A stretch of DNA of 46,252 nt from Deltaproteobacteria bacterium (GTDB taxonomy: Bacteria > Desulfobacterota > Binatia > UBA9968), in contig JACPAM010000277.1 in NCBI GenBank assembly GCA_016180805.1, positions 1 through 46,252 on the forward strand. Direction: 5' to 3'. Numbering within the stretch: position 1 is the first letter of the stretch; each line of letters opens with the position of its first letter. Below, piece after piece: positions 18,778 to 27,856 of this stretch. A program made the translations under genes and the position numbers. Below the pieces are notes generated by a model. It saw only the letters and a program-made list of their open reading frames with translations, ran no database searches and had not been told where the DNA came from.

Positions 18778-18895
18778 CAAGGGCAAACCTGAGAGCGACC
18801 CTTCAGCGAAAATGGCGCCTGAATGCCCACCGGCGGTAGCGTTGCTTCAACTGCCCGTAATGGTAGGGGCCGAAGAAGATCAAGTAGTTGGCATA
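18778..18895 (-). repeat. Direct repeat copy 2 (3' end of the intact membrane-protein gene)
   Basis: Matches 4742-4859. Confidence 0.88.
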
Positions 18896-19456
18896 GATGG
18901 CCAAAAGGTAAAGCCGCTCGAGCCAGGAGCCGGTGACGAACCGCCAGCCGACATAGGCAGCGGTCAGCCATGCCAGCCATACAATCTTTACCGGCAGGAA
19001 CATGAAGAGAAGAATCTGTTGCTCGGGGGCAATCGCGGCCGCGGCGAGAAAGAGTGTCGATTCCAGGTCTCTAACGGAGGTGATCGGAACCCGAAAGGCC
19101 AAAGAAAAACCAATGGTCAACGTGATCGAGATCAAGACATAGAAGGTGGTCTTGAATGCTCCCCAGCTATTTTCGATGCCGTCGACGATGAAGTAGAGAA
19201 ACCACAGGACAAAAATCATCCAAACCGGGCTCAGCGAAAGGGGCAACGCGAGGAAGGTGATGAGCCGCCACAGCTCTCCCTGAAATACCAACTCGGGAAT
19301 GAGTGCCAGACGCCACCACCAGCGCGGATCGGAAAAAACCAGCGCGAAGCCGATCACCTGAAGGCCAACCAAAAAGCCCGCGATGTTGGGAATCGCAAGC
19401 CAGTGGAGCCGACGCTCAATCCTCTCAAGCCATGTCGGGTCCTGTCCGTAAAGCAT
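18803..19456 (-). CDS. Conserved multi-pass membrane protein (rhomboid/derlin-like fold)
   Basis: [37 protein letters not shown]...Y-like segment, FLPVKI.WLAW; no clear catalytic GxSG. Confidence 0.75.
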   Translation of the reverse strand: MLYGQDPTWLERIERRLHWLAIPNIAGFLVGLQVIGFALVFSDPRWWWRLALIPELVFQGELWRLITFLALPLSLSPVWMIFVLWFLYFIVDGIENSWGAFKTTFYVLISITLTIGFSLAFRVPITSVRDLESTLFLAAAAIAPEQQILLFMFLPVKIVWLAWLTAAYVGWRFVTGSWLERLYLLAIYANYLIFFGPYHYGQLKQRYRRWAFRRHFR

Positions 19457-19658
19457 GGGTTTTTCTGAGTAGAAAATTGAATAAGTTTTCCAGCACTTGC
19501 CGGGTCTGAGCGGCGGTTCCTCCTTCGACCAGGTTTCCGGTTTTCGGGTCGAGAGCGATCTGACCCGCCGTGAATAGAAACCCGCCCGCGCGAATGGCCT
19601 GCTCGTAGGGCCCAATCGCCTTCGGCGCGCCATCGGTTCGCACCGCTTCTGCTTCCAT
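19425..19658 (-). pseudogene. ridA: RidA family protein, C-terminal half missing
   Basis: [27 protein letters not shown]...QTRQVLENL, then homology stops abruptly near 19482. Confidence 0.8.
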
Positions 19659-19819
19659 TACGGAACGGCTCCTTTTTTCGGGCGATTTTCGGCATCCTAT
19701 AATAGGAATCTCCTAGTAGGCAACCCGGGGAGACGAAAGACGATTGAGGAGCGTAGCTAATTCTTTCTTGCATTTTTTCTTCGCTCCGTCTTATGATTCG
19801 GTCGCTGAGGAGGGAAGCT

Positions 19820-21253
19820 ATGGTCGTAGCAACGATCAGTTTTGGCTTGGCTATGTTTTCGTTTGCAGGGGTTGCCTGGGCCGATGTCGGCCACGGGGCT
19901 CATGCGCCGACGATCAGTGCTCCGCTTTGGGTTTGGATCCTTGGACTTGGCCTTGTGACCCTCATCGTCCTTGTCCTCATCCAGCAGGCGCGTAAGGGGA
20001 AACTGTGGCGCGAGAGATTGGGTGGATTTAGCCGAAACGCGCGCCTGCTACTGATTCGCAGCCCTTTCAGCGGCCTTTCCGTTAGCCTGCTTCGGTTTCT
20101 CTTTAACCTCTACCTTCTTGCGGTTGGCTTCGACCTGCTCTTTGTAGCCAAGTTCACCGCTATCAACTGGACCTTCCATGGCCTTTCCGTTATTCCGTCA
20201 GGCATACTTTCGGACCTCTTTGGCCGGCGGCGCGTATTTTTGATCGCCTATAGCGCTAACCTTTTGGCCACGACAGCGATTATCTTCGTCACCGATCCCA
20301 CCTGGCTCCTCGTTCTGGCGGCACTAACGGGTCTTTTCGAAGGAGGCCATGCCATTGTCGGTCCTCCTTTCATGATCGAGCAGAGTCGTGCGGACGAACG
20401 CGTTCATCTGTTTAGCCTCAACGGTGGAATCCAGGTTGGGGCGGCTAGCCTTGGCAATTTGGCGGCAGGCGTGCTTCCGTTTGTGTTTGCCTATGCGTTC
20501 GGCATCGGGCCGGAGAGCGCGTGGGCGCGGCGCGCCGCCTTGCTCTGCGCCGTGCCGGTCATGGTCCTTTCGGCGATTCCCATCTATCTCATCCGGGAGG
20601 AGTGGAAGCCTATCGATGTTCGCCGTTGGGTCGAGGGCATTGAAAACTACGGACGGATCGGCATGCTCGCGCTGACGGAGGGGTTAGTTGCGTTCGGTAT
20701 GGGCTTCTCAGCCCCCTTTTTTAATATCTTCTTCGAGCAAAACCTCAAAGCTTCGACGGACCAAATCGGTGTCATCTTCGCTCTCGCCTCGCTCCTGACA
20801 GCCATTGTCATGCTTTTCGTTCCGATCCTTGTCCAGCGTTTGGGTCGTGTGCGCACGGTCACTCTTGTCAAGCTTCTGGGTGTCCCGTGTCTTCTCCTTC
20901 TGGGAATGTCTCACAGCGTCTTGTGGGCAGGAGCCTTCTATATCTTGACCATTCTTTTAATCGGTGGGCCCTTTCCCAACCGGGGGATTTCTGATCCCAT
21001 CTACAGCCTCTTCGCGATGGAGGTCGTAAAGGAGAGGGAGCGCGGGACGACCAACGGAATTATGCATGCCTTCTCCGAGTTCCCAATGGGTATGGGTGCT
21101 GTCATAGCAGGCCAGTTTATGGCAGTCGGGGACTGGCAGACGCCCTATGTGATCGGTGGGGCTATTTTTACCGTGGGCTTTATTCTCTACTACCTGTATT
21201 TTGCTCGAATCGATGCACGGGAACCTGCTCTTCAGCCGGCAACCGCAAGCTGA
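19820..21253 (+). CDS. MFS transporter with an extra N-terminal signal/TM extension
   Basis: GILSDLFGRRR motif A, ~12 TMs, RLGRVR second loop; gaggag RBS. Confidence 0.88.
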   Translation: MVVATISFGLAMFSFAGVAWADVGHGAHAPTISAPLWVWILGLGLVTLIVLVLIQQARKGKLWRERLGGFSRNARLLLIRSPFSGLSVSLLRFLFNLYLLAVGFDLLFVAKFTAINWTFHGLSVIPSGILSDLFGRRRVFLIAYSANLLATTAIIFVTDPTWLLVLAALTGLFEGGHAIVGPPFMIEQSRADERVHLFSLNGGIQVGAASLGNLAAGVLPFVFAYAFGIGPESAWARRAALLCAVPVMVLSAIPIYLIREEWKPIDVRRWVEGIENYGRIGMLALTEGLVAFGMGFSAPFFNIFFEQNLKASTDQIGVIFALASLLTAIVMLFVPILVQRLGRVRTVTLVKLLGVPCLLLLGMSHSVLWAGAFYILTILLIGGPFPNRGISDPIYSLFAMEVVKERERGTTNGIMHAFSEFPMGMGAVIAGQFMAVGDWQTPYVIGGAIFTVGFILYYLYFARIDAREPALQPATAS

Positions 21254-21296
21254 TTGACGGGCTGCGTGAAGAGTCGGTTTTGATCCGGGGTATGCC

Positions 21297-21488
21297 GTGA
21301 CCCTTCTTACGGCCCATAAAATTCTCATCACCACGGCGGTGGTCTTCTTCTTTGGCTTCGCCCTGTGGGAGGCGCGCAACTATTTCGCGGGCGAGAGTTT
21401 GTGGGCGTTGCTCCGAAGCCTAATCTACTTTTTGGTCTCTGTGGGGTTTGGGGTTTATTTGAGATCACTGCGGCGTTGGTTGAAGTAG
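21297..21488 (+). CDS. Small two-TM hypothetical protein
   Basis: 63 aa, two hydrophobic helices, basic tail, in operon-like spacing. Confidence 0.6.
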   Translation: MTLLTAHKILITTAVVFFFGFALWEARNYFAGESLWALLRSLIYFLVSVGFGVYLRSLRRWLK

Positions 21489-21513
21489 CAGGGGCGGGCG
21501 GCTAAGAAAAACC

Positions 21514-21789
21514 ATGGATCCCAAGCCCTTTCTGGTGCCGGTCAGCGAAGCGGAGATCCGGCGCGAGCGGCACAAGGCCCGCGCACTCCGCTCCAGCCAG
21601 TGGTGGAAGCGAAAACGGGCCAAGGGAATCTGCTATCATTGCGGTCAGAAGTTCCCGCCCAAAGAGCTCACCATGGATCATCTGATCCCGATCATCCGCG
21701 GCGGCAAGTCCACCAAAGGAAATCTCGTGCCGAGCTGCAAGAAGTGCAATACGGAGAAAAAGTATAAGCTCCCCATCGAACAGGAATGA
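21514..21789 (+). CDS. Stand-alone HNH endonuclease domain protein
   Basis: CYHC..LTMDHLIP..RGGKSTKGNLVPSCKKCN. Confidence 0.9.
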   Translation: MDPKPFLVPVSEAEIRRERHKARALRSSQWWKRKRAKGICYHCGQKFPPKELTMDHLIPIIRGGKSTKGNLVPSCKKCNTEKKYKLPIEQE

Positions 21790-21797
21790 GCCAACCC

Positions 21798-22559
21798 TCA
21801 ATGCATGATGCCGCCGCCCTCGACGACCACAAGCTGCCCGGTGATAAAGTCGCTGTCGGAGCTAGCTAAAAAGAGCGCGGTGCCGGTGATGTCCTCGGGC
21901 GTTTCGATCCGACTGAAAACGCGGTGATCGATTCCGGCCTGGCGCCGCTTGCGGACCTCTTCGGTCACGACCTCCTCGCTCATGGTGGAGCCCGGTGTCA
22001 TGCAGTTCACGTTGATGTTCCAGGGCCCGAGCTGCCTCGCCAGCACCCGCGTCAGGGCAACTACCCCGCCTTTTGAGGTGGTGTAGTGGGGCATGTTGCC
22101 GCTGCCGCTGAAAAAAGTTCCGGAAGCGATGTTGATAATCTTGCCGCCTTTTTGCCGCTTCATGACCGGAATGGTCGCCCGGCAGCAGAGAAACACCCCT
22201 TTGAGGTTCACCGCCATGACCCGGTCCCACTCCTCCAAAGGGAGTTCCTCGAGCGATCCCTTCCAAAGCGGCTCGCTGACGTAAATGGCGGCGTTGTTGA
22301 GCAGCACGTCGATCCGCCCGAAACGACTGACGGTTTCCTGCACGAGGCCTTCGACGCTCTCGTACTTGGTGACGTCGGTAGGGCGCGCCCAGGCCGATCG
22401 GCCCTCTCTGCGAATGGCTTCGGCCACCGATTCTCCGGCAGGCTCGTCGATTTCGGCAATCACGATGTGCGCGCCTTCTTCGGCGAACCTTCGGGCATAA
22501 GCCTTCCCGATCCCGTGCCCGGCACCGGTGATGATCGTGACCTTGTCTTCGAGTCTCAT
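21798..22559 (-). CDS. Short-chain dehydrogenase/reductase (SDR)
   Basis: TGAGHGIG, NNAA, YTTSK. Confidence 0.93.
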   Translation of the reverse strand: MRLEDKVTIITGAGHGIGKAYARRFAEEGAHIVIAEIDEPAGESVAEAIRREGRSAWARPTDVTKYESVEGLVQETVSRFGRIDVLLNNAAIYVSEPLWKGSLEELPLEEWDRVMAVNLKGVFLCCRATIPVMKRQKGGKIINIASGTFFSGSGNMPHYTTSKGGVVALTRVLARQLGPWNINVNCMTPGSTMSEEVVTEEVRKRRQAGIDHRVFSRIETPEDITGTALFLASSDSDFITGQLVVVEGGGIMH

Positions 22560-22573
22560 TGCGCGTGTTAGAA

Positions 22574-22936
22574 TCAGGCCTTCTGGTACTTTCCCCTGTC
22601 GGTACGTTTGATTTTTTTCTGTTTCCCCCACCGGACAAGTACCTGGCGCAGGTAGAGGCGCGATTTCCGTCTCGCGCCGCCCTTCTTTGCCAGGTCATCG
22701 ATGGTGAAATTATTGGGCAGCGATTTGAACACGCCGTTCCAGTCTACGGTCGCCCGCCTTCTCGTTCTTCCCCGGGCTCTCCCCCTTCCTGCCTGGTTGC
22801 CGCCGAGGAGCTTGAAGACCCGCAGGTGCTTCTTAAGGTCACCCTTTAAGGAAGCGAGTTCCGAAGTCTTGCGATTGATTTCCCGCCTCAGTCGGCTGAC
22901 CCCCCTCTGTACGGATGTTCTTAGATCTACAGCCAT
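22574..22936 (-). CDS. Highly basic hypothetical protein (coiled coil plus possible winged helix)
   Basis: aggagg RBS, K/R-rich 120 aa, ends IKRTDRGKY. Confidence 0.7.
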   Translation of the reverse strand: MAVDLRTSVQRGVSRLRREINRKTSELASLKGDLKKHLRVFKLLGGNQAGRGRARGRTRRRATVDWNGVFKSLPNNFTIDDLAKKGGARRKSRLYLRQVLVRWGKQKKIKRTDRGKYQKA

Positions 22937-22978
22937 AAATCCTCCTGTTCTGGCATTTGGTTTTCCCCGTCCACAGCT

Positions 22979-23626
22979 TTACTCCTCCCAGCCGTAAGTT
23001 CCAACTAGTTTTACGAAATGACACTCCCCCAGGTAATCCTCTTTGAGCCCTTCGCTGGTTTTACGAATGCGCACCAAAGTCTGGAGTTCTTCTTCGCCCA
23101 TGGGCACGACGAGACAGCCGCCCGGTCCAAGTTGATCGAGAAGCGGCCGGGGAAGACACGGGGCAGCCGCGGAGATCACCACGGCGTCATAAGGCGCATG
23201 CTTCGCCAAACCCAAGGTCCCATCGCCGGTGAAAATGAAAACGTTCCGGTAACCCAAGCTCGCTATCACGGAACGGGCCCTGACCGCAAGCCTTTCCAAG
23301 CGCTCCACGGAATACACCTCGGCGCAAAGCTCCGCCAGAACCGCGGTCTCATAGCCGGATCCCGTGCCGACTTCCAGGACGCGCTCCTTGCCGCTGAGAC
23401 CCATGGCCTCCACCATAAGCGCAACCATATAAGGCTGAGAGATGGTTTGATCCTGCCCGATCGGTAGCGGGCGGTCCTCGTAGGCTCGGTCCCTAAGCTC
23501 TTCCGGAATAAAGAGATGGCGCGGAACCCTGGCCATGGCCTGAAGCACTCTGGGGTCTTTAATATCGCGGCTTTGGAGCTGGTCCTGGACCATTCTCTCT
23601 CGCGCTGTTTCGTAGCGGCCTGTCAT
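22979..23626 (-). CDS. pcm: Protein-L-isoaspartate O-methyltransferase
   Basis: VPRHLF, AYEDRPLPIG..QTISQP, VLEVGTGSGY, GDGTLG, APYD. Confidence 0.95.
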   Translation of the reverse strand: MTGRYETARERMVQDQLQSRDIKDPRVLQAMARVPRHLFIPEELRDRAYEDRPLPIGQDQTISQPYMVALMVEAMGLSGKERVLEVGTGSGYETAVLAELCAEVYSVERLERLAVRARSVIASLGYRNVFIFTGDGTLGLAKHAPYDAVVISAAAPCLPRPLLDQLGPGGCLVVPMGEEELQTLVRIRKTSEGLKEDYLGECHFVKLVGTYGWEE

Positions 23627-23702
23627 AGAAGGGGACCGATGTAGACACACCAATTCATGCTAACGGAACCCATAGACTGGCGCAACGATCCTTACCGCTC
23701 CC

Positions 23703-23873
23703 TTAGCTCTTTTTGGAAGTCTGCACCTGAAAGGCCGATATTCGCTTTGCGACCTTTCTGCTGCCGCACTTGGTGCATTTGACCGCTTTTATCTTGCGCT
23801 CGTATTCCGCGATCGACCAGGTCACCTCGAACGGCTTCGAGCACTTCTGACAGAAAAACTCGTACGTTGGCAT
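23703..23873 (-). CDS. FmdB-family zinc-ribbon protein (56 aa, absent from the ORF track)
   Basis: MPTYEFFCQKCSKPFEV...VKCTKCGSRKV...QTSKKS*; gaggt RBS. Confidence 0.88.
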   Translation of the reverse strand: MPTYEFFCQKCSKPFEVTWSIAEYERKIKAVKCTKCGSRKVAKRISAFQVQTSKKS

Positions 23874-23959
23874 GTTGCTACCTCTCGGTCGTTTTCGCAG
23901 CGCCCAGGGTTAAGAACTCCGTTAGAATGGCCCATTCTTCTTCGATCAAGTTGTGTATG

Positions 23960-23974
23960 TCAAGCGCCGTGCCA
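23960..23974 (-). promoter_or_regulatory. Possible sigma54-like promoter for the FmdB-like gene
   Basis: TGGCACGGCGCTTGA (perfect -24, -12 reads GA rather than GC). Confidence 0.3.
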
Positions 23975-24097
23975 ATAGCTTGTGTCGGACATAAACGACG
24001 GTTTCGCGAAAGACCGCGGGGCTTACAATGAGGGTGAATTTTTTGTAGCCTCTGGAGGTAGTGGGTTCGGTTTCCAAGTTGGAGTTAGGAGGGCGTT

Positions 24098-24638
24098 ATG
24101 GAGGAGCTCAGGCGCTTTGTCAAAGGGCGGGTCGTGGTCAAGGTCGGGGACATCACTAAGGAGGATACTGAGGCTATCGTCAACGCGGCGAACAGCTCGC
24201 TGATGGGCGGGGGCGGCGTTGATGGGGCGATCCACCGGGCCGGCGGCCCTGTGCGAGCGGATTCGCGAGACTCGGTACCCTGACGGATTGCCGACGGGAG
24301 AGGCGGTAATGACTACGGCGGGAAAGATGGCGGCCAAACATGTCATCCACACCGTCGGGCCGGTCTATGGACAAGGGGGGAAGGAGAAGGCGGAGCAGTT
24401 GGCGTCGTGTTACCGGAACTGTCTCAAGCTTGCTGTAACCAAAGGGCTAAAGACGGTTGCCTTTCCCGCCATCTCCACCGGCGTATACGGCTACCCACAG
24501 GTTGAGGCGGCCAGGGTCTCCTCCGAGGCGATCGAGAAGTTTCTCGAATCCAACTCCTCCATCGAGGAGGTAAGGCTGGTCTTTTTCAGCCGTGCTGATG
24601 CCGAGACGTTTCTGAGAAATCACTCCTTCACCTCTTAG
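24098..24638 (+). pseudogene. ymdB: Macro-domain O-acetyl-ADP-ribose deacetylase (YmdB-like), frameshifted by a short deletion near 24250
   Basis: [30 protein letters not shown] in one frame; G.A..T.AG...AKHVIHTVGP, AFPAISTGVYGYP in another. Confidence 0.85.
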
Positions 24639-24816
24639 TCAGGACTGCTCTCTTGATAAAGCCTGCTGCCGCCCCTCTTGCCGCCGCCTGCCAGTTGACA
24701 TAGCGCCGCCTTATCGGATACCCTCCGGCTCAAAATGGCCACGCGGACCCGCCTCAGAGGAGAAAAGCCCTCTCGATCCCACTAAGCCTGTCGCGGAAGC
24801 TGGCTCGACGAGGCAA

Positions 24817-24846
24817 CTTTTGGGTTCTCAGCGGCTGAGCCCAAAA
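24817..24846. terminator. Bidirectional-type hairpin
   Basis: ttttggg-ttctcagc-g-gctgag-cccaaaaa with T and A tracts at the ends. Confidence 0.4.
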
Positions 24847-24963
24847 AGCAACTTCTTGTCAGTTTTGCATCGGTTAGGCGGTTCTGTTTTGCAGGGAGCT
24901 AGGCTTTGAGGTACAATTTGGGCAGTTGTCACCGATTAGGACGGTTCCGATAGGGAACATGAT

Positions 24964-25167
24964 ATGTCGAAAACATTAAGGGCGATCATCCGAGAGGGGA
25001 AAATCGAGCCGTTGGAGCAAGTAGACCTTCCTGAAGGTTCAAGAGTCTTGGTGACGCTCCTGGCCGATGACGAGGCCGAGTTCTGGCTCCAGGCGAGTGA
25101 GGCTTCGCTCCATAGGATTTGGGATAACCCAGAGGATGATGTGTATGCCCAGCTCCTCAAAGAATGA
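24964..25167 (+). CDS. Antitoxin-like protein (DUF104/AF2212-like)
   Basis: RAIIREGKIEPLEQVDLPEGSRVLV, acidic tail WDNPEDDVY; overlaps the toxin start. Confidence 0.8.
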   Translation: MSKTLRAIIREGKIEPLEQVDLPEGSRVLVTLLADDEAEFWLQASEASLHRIWDNPEDDVYAQLLKE

Positions 25168-25477
25168 CATCATCCTGGTTCGCTACCCTTTTTCCGACCT
25201 CTCCGGCGCAAAGGTTAGACCCGCAGTAGTCGTCAGCGCGCCACATGTCTCCCAAGATATCTTTATCGTTCCCCTGACCAGTAAGACTACCTCCTTTATT
25301 GCTGGCGAGTTTCCGCTTGCTGACTGGACAAGAGCTGGCCTGAACGTGCCGACAGCCGTCAAGCGTGGCCTCTACACGGTACATCAGGATTTGGTCGTGA
25401 AAACTGTTGGTCGGCTGAGCCAGCCCGACGCTGATCGACTCGACCGTTCGTTACGGGACTGGCTGGGATTTTCCTAG
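25145..25477 (+). CDS. PemK/MazF family toxin
   Basis: DIILVRYPFSDLSGAKVRPAVVVS, IVPLTS. Confidence 0.9.
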   Translation: MPSSSKNDIILVRYPFSDLSGAKVRPAVVVSAPHVSQDIFIVPLTSKTTSFIAGEFPLADWTRAGLNVPTAVKRGLYTVHQDLVVKTVGRLSQPDADRLDRSLRDWLGFS

Positions 25478-25606
25478 CGCTGAAGGCGTCAAGAGCCATC
25501 CTGGTTGTAATTTCCTCAATGCGTTTACCTTCTTTAAGTCGTAGAATAAAATAAAAAAGCAGCTCATCAGGTCCAATCAAACGCGCATGTGGGACCGCAA
25601 GGCTCT

Positions 25607-26611
25607 TTATTTCCGGTATAGGCTCTTGATAAATCCCGAATCCTCTAGCTCTTTCACAAAACGGTTATCGACGAAATCTCTGGCACTGGCTTGAGCCGCC
25701 TTTGGGTTTGTAGGGGCCAGATCCTGCAATATGGTCTGATAACCATCCACGGGGGCATAGGGCGCCTCGGGAATGTAGCGCGCATGCCAGTCCCAGGACT
25801 CCTCCACCGGCCCGCGGTCTGCCACCCGGGAATATTTGTGCATGATCTTCATGCTCTCTTCCTTGCGCGTCTTGAAAAAATGGATCGCCTCCACGTAGGC
25901 CTTCACGTATCTCCGCACAATGTCGGGACGCTCTCTGATAAGCCTGGTGGATGTATAGATCCCGTTTTGAGGAAACGGAATTTCCAACGTGGCCATATCC
26001 ACCAAGATGGGAAAGCCCAGCTTCTCCGCCATTGCCTTCCCGGCTTCCGTGACTACGGTGAAGTTAACGATGCCCTTTTGCAGGGCCACCATCCGGTCTA
26101 TAGAGCCACCGATCACCCGGAGGTTCACGTCCTTCATCGGGTCCAGGCCCATCTTCTTGAGCGCGACTCGCAGGGCGAACTCAGCCGTCGTTCCTGCTAT
26201 GTGGTTGCCGCCTATCTTCCCCCTTAGATCCTCGGCTCTTTTGATGCTCGGCTGGACGGCCAAATAGTAGGGTAAGACATTGACATTTCCCGCAATCGCG
26301 ATGACATCCCCGCCGGCAAGGCGTGCGGTTGTCAGGCTCGGCCCACCGCCCTCTCCGATCGGGATCTCGCCTGCCAGAATGGCCTGGATCCCGCGGACGC
26401 TGCCAGAGATAAAAATCACTGCGGCATCGAAGCCGTTTTTCTCAAAGAACCGAGCATCCTTGGTCACCCAGATGATCGCCGACGAGGAAGGCGCCACAGA
26501 GATGTAAGAGGTGTTGATCTTGTCGGCGGCTGCTGCCGAAGGCGCGCCGGCGAGAAAAACCAACCCGAAGAGCAGAAGCACGACAGTAATCCGTCTCGTT
26601 TCTATTCCCAT
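25607..26611 (-). CDS. NitT/TauT (NMT1/THI5-like) ABC substrate-binding protein, orphan
   Basis: Signal peptide, FFEKNG, IKRAEDLRGK.G, GLDP.KDV, FVD.RFVKELEDSGFI. Confidence 0.88.
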   Translation of the reverse strand: MGIETRRITVVLLLFGLVFLAGAPSAAAADKINTSYISVAPSSSAIIWVTKDARFFEKNGFDAAVIFISGSVRGIQAILAGEIPIGEGGGPSLTTARLAGGDVIAIAGNVNVLPYYLAVQPSIKRAEDLRGKIGGNHIAGTTAEFALRVALKKMGLDPMKDVNLRVIGGSIDRMVALQKGIVNFTVVTEAGKAMAEKLGFPILVDMATLEIPFPQNGIYTSTRLIRERPDIVRRYVKAYVEAIHFFKTRKEESMKIMHKYSRVADRGPVEESWDWHARYIPEAPYAPVDGYQTILQDLAPTNPKAAQASARDFVDNRFVKELEDSGFIKSLYRK

Positions 26612-26692
26612 GACGCTCTCCTTTCCGAAACCATGCGCCCATGCTAGCACTTTCTCCGTGCCCGTGGAACAGGAAACACGAAGGCTGTTTCA

Positions 26693-26721
26693 TTGACAGG
26701 TCCCGGCCCGGCGTCTATCTT
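26693..26721 (+). promoter_or_regulatory. Sigma70-type promoter
   Basis: TTGACA-17 nt-TATCTT. Confidence 0.5.
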
Positions 26722-26756
26722 CGTAGAAGACTCTCAGATGATAAGGAGGAGAAAGT

Positions 26757-27155
26757 ATGGCTGCGAGCATACCTGATAACTATAAAGACCTCTTCAAGAA
26801 AAAGGCCTTCGCCCATTTGGGCACCGTAATGCCGGACGGCAGCCCTCAGGTTACCCCGGTCTGGTGCGATTTCGACGGCACGCACATCCGGATCAATTCA
26901 GCCAAAGGGCGCGTCAAAGACAAAAACATGCGGCGGAACAAGAAGGTCGCCATGGCCATTATGGACCCGGATAACTCTTACCGCTACCTCGGGGTGCGCG
27001 GGGTAGTGGAAGAAATCACGGAGCAAGGGGCTGACGCGCACATCGACAGCCTGGCCAAGAAGTATCTGGGCCAGGACAAGTACCCCTATCGCAGGCCCGG
27101 AGAGGTCCGGGTCATTTACAGAATCCGGCCTGACCGGATCGCCACGATGGGTTAA
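26757..27155 (+). CDS. PPOX-class (pyridoxamine 5'-phosphate oxidase-like) putative F420-dependent oxidoreductase
   Basis: LGT.MPDGSPQVTPVW, GRVKDKNMRR, HID.LAKKYLG. Confidence 0.9.
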   Translation: MAASIPDNYKDLFKKKAFAHLGTVMPDGSPQVTPVWCDFDGTHIRINSAKGRVKDKNMRRNKKVAMAIMDPDNSYRYLGVRGVVEEITEQGADAHIDSLAKKYLGQDKYPYRRPGEVRVIYRIRPDRIATMG

Positions 27156-27181
27156 GTCTCTGTCGCGAGCTTGTTAACGGC

Positions 27182-27757
27182 TCAGTCGAAAGCAGAGGAA
27201 GCTTTTTTCGCCCAATCGCTCTTGGGATACGTCTCCATCAGACGTCCCCATATGGCTTTGCGGTCGTCGGCGGTCCCGCCGCTGATCCGATTTTTCGCGA
27301 TACCCAGACAGTAAAGGGCCTCCGGGACCACCTCGCTCGCCCCATGGCGGTCGATGACAGTCTGAAAAAATCTCACTGCGGTGGCATAATCTTTTTGCTC
27401 AAGGGCGGTGTGGCCGAGGGCGAGGGTCAAGTGGGCCACAAAGTCCGGCGGGGGAAGATAACCGATATCGCGGTAGTGCTCCGTGCCGTCGGGATCGAGA
27501 ACGATAAAGGTTGGGGTCCAGGCGACGCGATACTTGGCGCACAGCTCGGGATGCGCATCCGTATGAATCCGCACCGGGACAAAGTAGTCATGGACGAAAG
27601 CGACTATCTGATCCTGTGGATACGTCACGGCATCCATCTTCCGGCACCCGCTTCAGGATGGAGCGTGGTTGAACTCCACGAGCACGCCCTTGCCGCTCGA
27701 TTTAGCCTCTTTCAACGAGGCATCGATCTCCGCTTTCCATGCGATCTCCTTGGCCAT
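27182..27757 (-). CDS. Thioredoxin-fold/TPR selenoprotein with UxxC motif (Sec codon TGA at 27653-27655)
   Basis: aaggaggt RBS, ATG 27757, MAKEIAW...VLVEFNHAPS-U-SGC-RKMDAVTYP, in frame with the 151-aa ORF; WTPT cis-Pro loop; TPR-like C-terminus. Confidence 0.85.
27618..27635 (-). promoter_or_regulatory. Candidate bacterial SECIS hairpin
   Basis: GGAUGC-CGUGAC-GUAUCC; apical loop begins 23 nt after UGA and has GU near its 5' side. Confidence 0.55.
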
Positions 27758-27856
27758 AGGACCTCCTTCGGGAAAATTTCTGGATCGAACTTAGCGCAGG
27801 CCTAGGCTACAGTCAACCCGTCAGATTGAGCCGATCACGATCCGAAGCTATGCCGC

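Noticed and set aside
18803-19633. 276-aa fusion ORF spanning the ridA region
   Set aside because: The upstream part is an alternative frame of the ridA fragment; the membrane protein starts near 19456
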